A stretch of DNA of 64,000 nucleotides, taken from contig NC_069000.1 of assembly GCF_001194135.2 (NCBI RefSeq), positions 18,983,723 through 19,047,722 of the forward strand, written 5' to 3'. The stretch comes from Octopus bimaculoides (Eukaryota). Made by a program: the position numbers and the translations under genes. The notes below the pieces were generated by a model. It was not told the DNA's origin. It ran no database searches and saw only the letters and a program-made list of their open reading frames with translations. This document shows positions 1 through 9,999 of this stretch, piece after piece. How positions within the stretch are numbered: the stretch's first letter is position 1; every line of letters starts with the position of its first letter.

Positions 1-252
1 GGTGGCGAACCATGCTGTACTCTTTCACCACAACTTTCTCTCACTCTTACTTCCTGTTTCTGTTGTGCCTGTAATTCAAAGAGTCAGCCTTGTCACACTG
101 TGTCACGTTGAATATCCCCGAGAACTATGTTAAGGGTACACGTATCTGTGGAGTGCTCAGCCACTTGCACATTAATTTCACGAGCAAGCTGTTCCGTTGA
201 TTGGATCAACTGGAACCCTCGTTGTCGTAAGTGACGGAGTGCCAACAACAAC
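1..252 (+). mobile_element. 3' portion of a SINE ending in a (CAA)n tail, truncated by the window edge
   Basis: Resembles an abundant octopus-type interspersed repeat (ggatcaactggaaccctcgttgtcgtaagtgacggagtgcc) followed by aacaacaac. Confidence 0.55.
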
Positions 253-284
253 AACGATATATATATATATATATATCAAAAAGC

Positions 285-511
285 CATAGGTTCATAAGGC
301 TGGTTTTCCAAATTCTGTGTATACTCTCCACCTGCCGGAGAGGATGCTGGTTGGTCTGTTGCAGGATTACGCATTTTCGCCAGCTGAGTGGACTGGAGCA
401 ATGTGAAATGAAGTACTTGTTCAAGAATATGTGTTGCCTTGTCCACAAATCAGAACAGCACAATCTTATAATCATGAGTGCAATACCCTGACCACTAAGC
501 CATACACCTGC
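285..511 (-). mobile_element. tRNA-derived CORE-type SINE
   Basis: The minus strand starts gcaggtgtatggcttagtggtcagggtattgcactc (A-box-like) and includes aagtacttcatttcacattgctccagtccactcagctgg. The same family occurs at 30885-31130 (+) and 19800-19945 (-). Confidence 0.7.
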
Positions 512-712
512 ATGCAGGCACACACACACACACACACCATCATTCTAACATACATGAATATATAATTTATCAATTGCAGGAAAGTTAAAGGATATGCAAA
601 TCATACAATATGTTGCAATATACAAAGTTTTATCACATTCTTTAAATGTTCATTATGAAATAAACAAAGTTCCAAAGAAATTTTTAAAATTGAAAGGACA
701 GTAATTCAATAC

Positions 713-876
713 CTAATTCCCAAACTAAATGGTCTATTTTTCTCACAAAACATGTGGCAATAGTTATAAAAGAAGCTATGAGAACATAGGATCAATAAAC
801 TGTAAACAGCTAAAGGCACCCAATGGTAGTCTGCTAAAGTACATGTGTGAAACCCCCTTAAGCATAGAAAACAACA
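713..876 (-). ncRNA. candidate host-transcript exon (164 nt)
   Basis: Acceptor ttttttctcctctctgatttag| and donor TAG|GTATTG around a GC-richer block in an AT-rich context. Confidence 0.35.
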
Positions 877-924
877 CTAAATCAGAGAGGAGAAAAAATA
901 TGGATATGAAGAAACTGTACTTAC

Positions 925-1052
925 TTTTAATTGAATTGCAGACACCGGCAGTACAATAAATTATATCAGTCCAGGTTAACAGCTGGTGAATAATAGTAGC
1001 ACTTGCTTCAAAAGAGGTAAAAAAAAGACAATGCTGGAAACATCCTGGTTTG
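925..1052 (-). ncRNA. candidate host-transcript exon (128 nt)
   Basis: Acceptor tagttctttccag| and donor AAA|GTAAGTA around a GC-richer block. Stop codons occur when it is joined in frame to the 3951-3888 exon. Confidence 0.35.
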
Positions 1053-2241
1053 CTGGAAAGAACTATATATATGTTTATATATATATAATCTTTTTTACCT
1101 CTGGAAAAGACTAATAGTTGCTTTGAATTGAAAATCAATGACAGACTTATGACGTAAAATGAAAAATAAACCTTTTACTCCTTAAATTCTTAACTAGACA
1201 AATTAAACAGTAATAAATAAATCAACTAAAATTAGTTTAAGTAAAACAGCTATGAAAATTAGCCAATTATTAAATAAACTAGGTATCAAATAAATAGCTT
1301 TTTTTTTTTTTTTAAATATAAATTTCACCATTTCCAAATCTATTATTTAGCAGAACTGTATAATGAAGTTGAAGATTACTTTAATAAAAGTAATTTGTTT
1401 AACATATTTTAGTATGGAATATCCAAGATCTTTGCCTTAATTTTGCAAAGGAATTATGTTCTAAAATGAAAAATTTACAATAATTTAAATTAATGCTTTT
1501 ACTATCAACAAATTTGAATAAAAATATTAATAGTACTGATAACAGAATAAAGTTTTCATTAAATTATAAAAATTTTGCAATTATTACAAACAAAAAATTT
1601 TAATTTATACAATTCTTTTCAATAAAATGGAAAAAAAAATTAGGGAGGAGAGGTTGGTAAAATTTCCATAAAAAGGGATTTTTAATTCTGTAATTAAAAA
1701 TAATTTAAATAAGATTATTGCTTAAAAATTAAAATTATAATCCAAGCACATTTATTCTTGCTAAATGAAAACTATTTTGAAGTAATAGTGAGAAATTTAA
1801 AACTTTAATGTAGCTGAATTTAATAAAATAAGAAGCCAATAAAGCAGTAACTTAGCAAACAGTGAAAAATAGTCAATGTTTCAATTATAGCTATTATAAT
1901 GTACAGAAAGATATTAAGTGTCATGATATAAATAAAAGTAATGTGAAAAAATAAATAAGCAAACATTGAAAACAATTTCATAATATTCATGATCATCTTT
2001 GCAAATATATAAAAAAAAAAATGACAAATATAAAAATAAATTTCTTTCATTAAATGCCAGCTAACAAATCTGACACAACCAAAAGCAGCCTCTACTCATT
2101 TGATTTTTATATATTTTAAGTTCAGGACAGGACTGCATGAGATTTGCCTGCAATTATTGTAACTGGTAGACGGATAAACAATGATGCATTCAGCGTTGCT
2201 GAAACGCCAGAATAGATGTGTTTAAGTGTTGCTCATTCATG

Positions 2242-2324
2242 CCCCAGGGAAAGCTAGAAGGTTGTACAGTTCTCCTTGAAATGGTGTATTTCTTAACTAT
2301 ACAACCTACTACCTCAGTCTGGGG
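2242..2324 (-). ncRNA. let-7: let-7 microRNA hairpin (mature 5p 2316-2295; 3p arm 2269-2248)
   Basis: Plus 2295-2316 aactatacaacctactacctca is the exact reverse complement of UGAGGUAGUAGGUUGUAUAGUU. The 3p arm CUGUACAACCUUCUAGCUUUCC pairs with it. The basal stem is CCCCAG/CUGGGG, the loop contains GGAG, and a CNNC motif (CAAC) lies about 17 nt downstream of the 3p end. Confidence 0.98.
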
Positions 2325-3611
2325 TCATAAACTTTTCTCCTCGTTGGCAGCTTAATATTTCACATATATGCAAGAATAGGGAAAGAGATTTTTTTTGACT
2401 TTATATAAAATTTCGGAGAGAAACGGGAGATGAAGAAAAATATGATCTATCTATTTGCACATAGACAATTAATGGTATAATCATACAATGGTGCTAATTA
2501 TAATTGACATGAACCAACACATTTTACCAAAATATATTTTTGGAAACAATTCATAAAACTTGTATGTTAACAGAATCTCTAATTTTTGCTAATTACTTAT
2601 AGGGAGATTAGAAAAATACAATAGAAATATATTTAACAAAGAAAATACAACAAATACACGATAATAATTTCACTTATAAAGTTTATTGATCAATAAATAA
2701 TGGTTATTATTTAATGTTATTTATTTAAAGCGAATTTCTTTAACATAGTGTATTCTGAGTATTGAAACTTTGAAATATTTCGATGAATTTTTTAATCCAT
2801 ATAATAATGACAAAAATCAATAGTTTTTTTTTTTTTAAATCCAAAGTTCTAAATTATTTAAAATATTACTTACACCTTATATTCCCAATATTGGTTCTTT
2901 TAATGATGATTATGATGATGATGATGATGACAGTAACAACAACAAAAACGCTTATTTGATATCTTAAATGTAATTATAAATAATATAGTTTAAAAAAATA
3001 ACTGAGAACGAATAAAATATAGCTAGAATATTGCTAGAATTAAATAATAAGGAACTAAATATCTAAAGCAATAATGTCTTGGTAAAAACTGCTATTAAAA
3101 GAAGAAAGAAAAAAACTACTAAAAGTTGTAACTGAATAAGTGGGAATTGAATAAAATAATAAGACAAACAGGCTAAAAATTTGAACAATGAACATGATTT
3201 TCAAAATACAAATGGGAAAATAAAAAAATAAAAAATTACATGAAAGAAAATAAACATCTAATTTAAATTTGTGAAAATGAATTAAGATGAAATTAAATAA
3301 CTCATATATTATTCAATCATGTTGTTTCATGTTGCACTTTAGATCCCTCCCTCAGTTTTTATCATCATTTCCAAAGAAAGTCATCCGTCTAAATGTTATG
3401 TGTATCTCAAGTCCTTAAGTATGATGTAAAGGCAATACTGTAAGTGGTTGGGGGACAGGAAATGTCTTTCTTGTTTCTTTTCCTCTATTTTTTTCTTTCT
3501 TTTCCTTCTAGTGCTCATCCAGTAGTACATTTACTGCCGATTAGACAGTAGCAGCTGTGTGGTCATTGACAGCGCATAAAATATAATACAAGACTACTAA
3601 TTTCACTTACC

Positions 3612-3687
3612 ATAGCGACACTGACCCATAAGCGTGAGCTTGTGACCCAACCTCAACACAAGTCCAGAGCTACGGGTTTGTGTAACC
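3612..3687 (-). ncRNA. mir-100: miR-100 (miR-10/99/100 family) hairpin; mature 5p AACCCGUAGCUCUGGACUUGUG at 3678-3657, 3p arm about 3642-3621
   Basis: 19/22 identity to canonical miR-100 AACCCGUAGAUCCGAACUUGUG with an intact seed. It folds with CACAAGCUCACGCUUAUGGGUC across a 12-nt loop and lies immediately upstream of let-7 on the same strand, the conserved cluster order. Confidence 0.93.
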
Positions 3688-3887
3688 AGGCCACGAACAC
3701 AAAAGGAAAAAGTAAAGGAGGTAGAGCCTTGGGAAATAGCAAACATAATGTGTTAAAACAAGAAACCAGTCTTCATTCATCTCATCTTTCTGGTGATTGT
3801 ATTTTAATTGCATACAGATTAAAAGGCTGCTTTTGAGATTTTCAAATACATAGTACAAGGTATATATTAGCAAGTAGGTATACTTAC

Positions 3888-3951
3888 CTGTAGGCTATGA
3901 ATAGTAATCATTTCATAGTAAGCCATAAACCAATAAAATGTTTTGTAGTTT
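3888..3951 (-). ncRNA. candidate exon of the miRNA host transcript (64 nt)
   Basis: Acceptor ttttctattgtttctttttctttatgtag| and a perfect donor CAG|GTAAGTA, about 210 nt upstream of mature miR-100. No recognisable protein. Confidence 0.5.
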
Positions 3952-4379
3952 CTACATAAAGAAAAAGAAACAATAGAAAATAACGTTGCGTAATATTGTT
4001 TCTATCATTTGAGAATAGTCTTAAAGCAGTAGAAAATAATTCATTTATTTATAATCAACAAATCATATTGATAATATTTTTTATTTACATAAAACAAATA
4101 AAACATGATATTAATTCAATCAGGGCACCTTTCCTTTTAAAGTATTTAAGAAAAGAAAAGAAAAAAATCTAAGGAATTTTCTTTTTGATTTATTATTAAT
4201 TTGGATATAAAAGCTAATATAAAAAAGTAATTAACAAGGTAAAGGGAAGACGGATATGATTTATTAGACAAAAAAAAAAAAATCATCATTAAATGCCTCT
4301 TCTGTCTCCAAAATATGGCAATCTGGAAATTGCTGGGATAACCATAAATGATGGTTTCTGGTTTAGGAAGAAGGTTAGC

Positions 4380-4560
4380 AATTTTGAGGAGATGGAGAAT
4401 AGTTGATACTACCAGTTCCAGTACTAGTACTTTATTTTATCAAACCCAGAGGAATAAAAAGTTAAGTTGACTTTGGCAAGATTTGAACTCTGAACATAAA
4501 AGAGCTGGAAAATAATGTCACTAAGCATTTTGTCTCAGGCTTTGACAATTCAGCCTACTC
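4380..4560 (-). mobile_element. degenerate tRNA-derived SINE of the ATT-tailed family
   Basis: Contains gatttgaactc (B-box complement) and actaagcattttgtc, shared with the arrays at 50-56 kb. Confidence 0.55.
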
Positions 4561-5119
4561 GTTACGTTATATAACCATAAATGATAACGAAGTATAAAGT
4601 TTGCTAACAACAAAAATAGATTTGCCAGCTGTCAAAACTGTCCAAATATTCACTACATTTTCAACTGTGTGTATATAGAGGTGTTTGCATGATCATTTGT
4701 GTTGAATAATTATTATATTGCAATTTATATTTGAGAAAAATTTATTAATCAGATTTAATCGTAACTTTTAAAAGAATTAAGCATTTAATTTTTCATTTAG
4801 GATCACTAATTTTGATTACTTTTTAAAGAAATATACCACTTAAGCAATGAATTATGCATAGTCTAAGTTCACTTTCCCTTTTTTTTAGATATTTAAACAG
4901 TGTGGAGATTGTGATGTCAAGTGAAAATTAAAATGGATTCTGTAAAATTGGTTGCTGAGTGAAAAGTACTATAAGCAGTCATAGTAGGTTATGGTTTGCA
5001 GTGCTGGAGTCATATAACGTGTAGGCTATTTTTTTTGTTATGTTCTTGGGCAAAGATGATGTTGAGGGAATAGCAACTAAATACAAAAAAATAAACTCCA
5101 TCACTATCAACATTATAAA

Positions 5120-6110
5120 TACACACACAAGCATGTGGTTAAAAAGTTTGCTTCCAAACCACACAAGGTTTTGGATTCAGTCTGATTGCATGCAGCCTTG
5201 GATAAGTGTCTTCTACAAAGCTCCAACCTTGTGAATGGATTTGGTAGACAGAAACTGAAAGCAGCTCAAACCGTGTGTAGTGCACACACACATGCATATA
5301 CAATGGACCCTTTGGTAATGGCTCTAATTCATTCCAGAAGCACAGAAACATATTTGTTACCATGTCAATTGAAATACGCGTATATATGAATAGCTTGTTA
5401 CAAATCTTCAGTGAATAAGTCTATATGCAATCCATTCCTGTAAGAATTCTGTCTGATTCATGAAAGCACAGAAAAGTGGACATTAAAATGAATAATAATA
5501 AAATTTGTTTAAAATCACGACAGCAACTTGGGTGGGTGGGGGTGTTAATCAATTATATAGATACCAGTACACTATTTCACTGAACCTGAAAGGATGGAAG
5601 GCAAAGATGACCTCAGTGGTAATTGAACTCAAACTGTCAAGACAAACAAAATGCTTAGTAGCATTTTGTCCAACACACTAACAGTTCTGTTTATAGCCTT
5701 TATTATTATTATTATTATTATAACAACAACCCTTTCTACTATAGGCACAAGGCCTGAGATTTTGTGGGGAGAGGTTAGTCGATTACATCAATCACATTGC
5801 TCAACTGGTATTTATTTAATGAATCCTAGAAAGATGGAAAGCAAAGTTGACCTCGGCAACACTTGAATTCAGAATGTAAAACTGGAGGAAATACCACTAA
5901 GCATTTTGTCTGGTACGCTAATGATTCAGGCATGGCTGACAGGCTGTGTGGATAAAATGTTTCTCAGCCACATGGCTCCAGATTCAGTCTTAGTGCATGG
6001 CACATTCAGCATGTTTTCTACAGGTCCAACCAAAGCCTTGTGAGGAGATTTGGTAGACAGAGACTTAAAGAAATATGTTGAATGTATGCATGTGCATGTG
6101 TCTATATGCA
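5120..6110. mobile_element. cluster of about four SINE copies (CORE-type + at 5120-5490 and 5928-6110; ATT-tailed type - at 5520-5690 and 5720-5925)
   Basis: Recurrent blocks aaagccttgtgag..gatttggtagacag and ccctttctactataggcacaaggcctgagattttg. Confidence 0.65.
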
Positions 6111-6279
6111 TACACAAACGGTGTCATTCATTTCTAGTCTTCTTTGTAAATATGTCCAGCCATGGGAAAACAAGTGAAGGTTGGTGACTGGGAAACAAAT
6201 TTATACAGACACAGTTATCCAGTAGTATTACATACAAAGGCTACGTGTAGCTGAAGATTTGACAATGCATTGTCATTAT

Positions 6280-6439
6280 CATCACCATTTTATGTCCATG
6301 TTCCATGCTGGCATGGGTTGGCTGGTTTGACAAGGAGCCAATAAATCAAGGATTGCATCATATATTTTGATTAATGTAATTTACATTATATAAATAGTTA
6401 TAATTTTTTTTTGTTAATAAAACATACATAAGAAACACA

Positions 6440-6477
<38 letters not shown>

Positions 6478-6630
6478 ACAATCTCCTTTCAGTTTCTGTC
6501 TAGCACTTCCAATTATACGGCTTTGGTTGGCCTGAGGTTATAGTAGAACATGCATGCCCAAAGTGCCACACAGTGGGGCTGAACCCAGAATCATGCAGTT
6601 GGAGAGCAAGCTTCTTTACCACACAGACAC
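6280..6630 (-). mobile_element. RTE-like tail fragment, (GT)n microsatellite (6443-6471) and CORE-type SINE
   Basis: ccatgctggcatgggttgg tail and the tagtagaacatgcatgcccaaagtgccacacagtggggctgaaccc block. Confidence 0.6.
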
Positions 6631-8119
6631 ACCTACACATTTGTAGTACATTCTCATAGATAACTATATGATAAAAATGCAATATAATAGATTGTTTTGC
6701 TAAACCAGATTATTGAAAAATAAATAGACTTATACTGAATGAAAGCTTAGGTTTCAACTGATTAATTTTCCATACAGCTCAATTTTAGTTATAGTGGAAC
6801 AGATTCAAAATAATTTGATATCAGCATATGGAAATACCATTAAAGTTTAGAAAAATGATTCATAATGTGTAAAAGACTTAACTAATCAAGGCTAAAGGTT
6901 TTGTTTTAAAACAGGAAAACTACAATTGTTTTGTGTTTTTTAAACATACAACTTCTGTAACCAAACTATCACCTGTAACATTTGATGCACCAACAAACAA
7001 TGAGAACTTTTAGATCTCAATGTATTCCATAAATTATACATATTTCAATTGTCTTTATTATTGATAAACATTTCATTTCTTGTGAAGTAGTTTCAACATT
7101 TTATTGCTTATTCTTGATATGTGTAATATTTTATAATCAAAATCTCCTCCCACACATAATTTGTATGACTTTTTGACCAGGTCATTTAAACATAATCTGG
7201 TGCGATGCTAAGATGCAGATAAGTGCTATGTGCTTTCTTATTCTAAATCAACTTAAGAGTCTAGCCTAATAAATCTGTTTAGTTTAGCTTCTCTAATCTT
7301 TTCATTTATTCACATTTATAGTTGCTCGCATCACTACCTCCACACGTACTCATGTATCTGCACAAGCACACTGAAGATATAACTGTGATTGGGTCAGTAA
7401 GTCTGGATAAACAGACTAAGTGGAAGAAAAACAGCATACCACCTAAATGTCTCTCACAAATGAAGCCCACAGATAAACTCTGAATGAAATATAATAAACA
7501 AATTTGCTTAAACTTTACTGAATGGCATATCTTAAATTATTATCAAGAATAGGCAAGATTTCATATTAAGGAAAATGCACACTATAAGTAATGTACCGAC
7601 ATGCAAGCAATAGTAAAACTGTGACTGGATTTTTGGTGTATTACTTATAGATAAAAAATATATGGTTGCAAATAAATAAAGCTTTCACAATAAATTTTCT
7701 AAATGATGATGCAAAAATTATTGGCACACATTGTTTTTAATTTTTTATTAAAAGCTAACAGAACAGACTATTAAAGTCCTGTTGCATCTGACAAAGTGAT
7801 TTTTATTTTGAGCAGGAGTCATACAAATAGGCTGTCTAGCTATACTTGCTCCTAAACCAGGTTTTTGCATAGGTCAAAACTGAATAATTTCTTGGTTCTT
7901 TACTGACTAATTTAGTTATATTTCTCTGGAACCTATTATAGTCTCCTTGTGACAATGTCAACTAGAACCACAAACACTAAGATAATCAGGAAATACCCTA
8001 TGCATGCCTAATCACTGCACCATTTGTTGATTCTATTGAATGTTATGCAGAGAGTTCTTCATCAGTTTGACATTTAGCAAGATACATTAAAATGTTGATG
8101 GTAAAGAAATTTCATATTG

Positions 8120-8650
8120 GTTTCAAATTCTGGCACAAATCCAGAAATTTCGGAGAAGTTGATTACATCAACTCCATTGCTCAACTAGTACTTATTTTAT
8201 CAACCCCAAAAGGATGGAAGTCAAAGTTGGCCGCAGCAGAATTTGAACTTAGAACATAAGGAGAGATGAAATTCCGCTAAGCATTTTGCTTTCTGACCAT
8301 GTGGTAATAGGCACTTTGGGCAAATGACTTTTGCTAATACTTCTGGCTGATCAAAGCTTTGTGAGTGGATTTGGTAAACAGAAACTGAAAAGAAGTCCAT
8401 TGTATAACTGTTTGTGTGCATATGAGCTTGTGTTTGTTTATTTCTGTGACCACTTATTTAAAAGTTATGATGGTACTTCTTATCCACTCACTTTGTGCAT
8501 TTGAAGCAATGTGGAATAAAAGATCCCTTACTTGAAAGAAAAAAGTAAAGGCTAGCGACAGGAAAGGTATCTGGCTATAAAACAATACCTCAATAACATA
8601 GTCATCTAACCCATGCTTGCATGGAAAAGTGAACATTAAAATGAATGAAT
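8120..8650. mobile_element. two adjacent SINE copies (ATT-tailed type -, CORE-type +)
   Basis: cagaatttgaacttagaacat..ccgctaagcatttt, then aaagctttgtgagtggatttggtaaacagaaactgaaaagaag. Confidence 0.6.
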
Positions 8651-8927
8651 GAAGATACTTATCCATAGGTATTGGTAGTTATCAATGTTGTAAATACAGT
8701 AAAAACAGTGGTGGGAATTTTTGTTTTTCCTTTTACGATATCACATATTTTATTTCTTTTAAAGTACATGAACTGACATTCTGTTGGTCATTTGCAACAA
8801 TTTACTATGGATGAATAGAAATAGACTCAACTGTGTCCAGAAACCCATTGGTCAGTGTTTTACATATTCTTTAAAAAAAGTTTAAAAGAAGTCCATGAAA
8901 ACAGCAGAATAAGTAAAACACAAATAA

Positions 8928-8930
<3 letters not shown>

Positions 8931-8982
<52 letters not shown>
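8931..8982. repeat. compound (GT)n(GA)n microsatellite
   Basis: Seen directly. Confidence 0.95.
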
Positions 8983-8983
<1 letters not shown>

Positions 8984-9599
8984 TTAGTATGACAGACATT
9001 AGTTAATGGATACAGTGCACTGGTATAGGCATATGATACATATAGTAATGAGTGCTGGGTGAGAAAGAGCTACATGCTAGGATTGGATGATATTCACAAA
9101 AGAGGAAGACAAAAGACAGTGACATCAAATACCAGGTTACTGGACATGACAAAACATTCTGATAAATATCAATACTGAAAATCTGTCTGGAAAAATTAAC
9201 ACAGCAATGCTAAGTACCATATGCTAATGGAGTATATCACAGAATGGGGAAAATTGACTAAAATGATCATCTTCCCATGTCTTAACAGTTAATGAGATAA
9301 AATATGCAGAGTATATATCTTAAAAGATGAAAAGAAAAAAAACTTTGCTCAACGAAATACAGTAGAAACTTTATTGTAAATAATAACTGTATATTTTGTA
9401 TCAGTGCAGAGATTTTAGGGTAATATAACAGAGTTATCACAAAGCAGCTTTCTAATACCATCTATGATAAGTTTTCTTCTTTTGATAAAAATACTTGTAC
9501 TACGTACAAATTTTCACATGAAAGGCAATAGTAACTGATTCAAAGTAATGTGAGTTATCCCAAAACCACTGAACAAAGGAATTATGTATATTAAAGCTA

Positions 9600-9930
9600 A
9601 GAAACAAATGACGGCAATGTAAAATAAAACATACAGTGTATTAGATAAGTGTTACTCATGCAAAACATTTCCCACTGGCAAGATCAAAGTACAGACGGAT
9701 CAAAATACCATCTGCACATAATGAGATAGATGGTATTCACTATGGAAGATCTGTAGAGGGTGGTGAGAAATGAGCAAGCATGATTCACTGGATGTGTAAT
9801 GTTAACTTGCATTAAAGACAAACTGCAAAGTGAAGTGTGCTTGGCATTACAAGAAATCAACCAATACGTGCAGGAAGGGCAGTATGGTTCAAGTTTCCAT
9901 TAAACCCATGTAAGCATGGAAAAGCAATGT
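9600..9930 (+). pseudogene. decayed RTE-clade LINE, reverse-transcriptase C-terminal region and 3' tail
   Basis: Broken translation resembles ..MEDL*RVVRNE..SMIHWMCNV.. and ends in the aacccatgtaagcatggaaaag tail. Confidence 0.5.
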
Positions 9931-9952
9931 ATGAAATACTACTGATAATTTG

Positions 9953-9999
9953 AAGTTGATAAAGGAGTGAATGTTGAAAATTCACTCCTTTATCAACTT
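9953..9999. repeat. perfect inverted repeat, 20-bp arms and 7-nt loop
   Basis: AAGTTGATAAAGGAGTGAAT gttgaaa ATTCACTCCTTTATCAACTT. Confidence 0.95.

Noticed and set aside
877-924. Mirtron
   Set aside because: Pyrimidine-rich with no self-complementarity.
2145-2195. Short fold-back just downstream of let-7 (tgcaattattgt / acaatgatgca)
   Set aside because: Stem of about 11 bp, too short for a pre-miRNA, and unrelated to miR-125.
3888-3951. NYKTFYWFMAY resembles the post-DHHC motif (RNYRYF) of palmitoyltransferases
   Set aside because: No DHHC cysteine-rich exon or other ZDHHC exon is present in the window; the similarity is too short.
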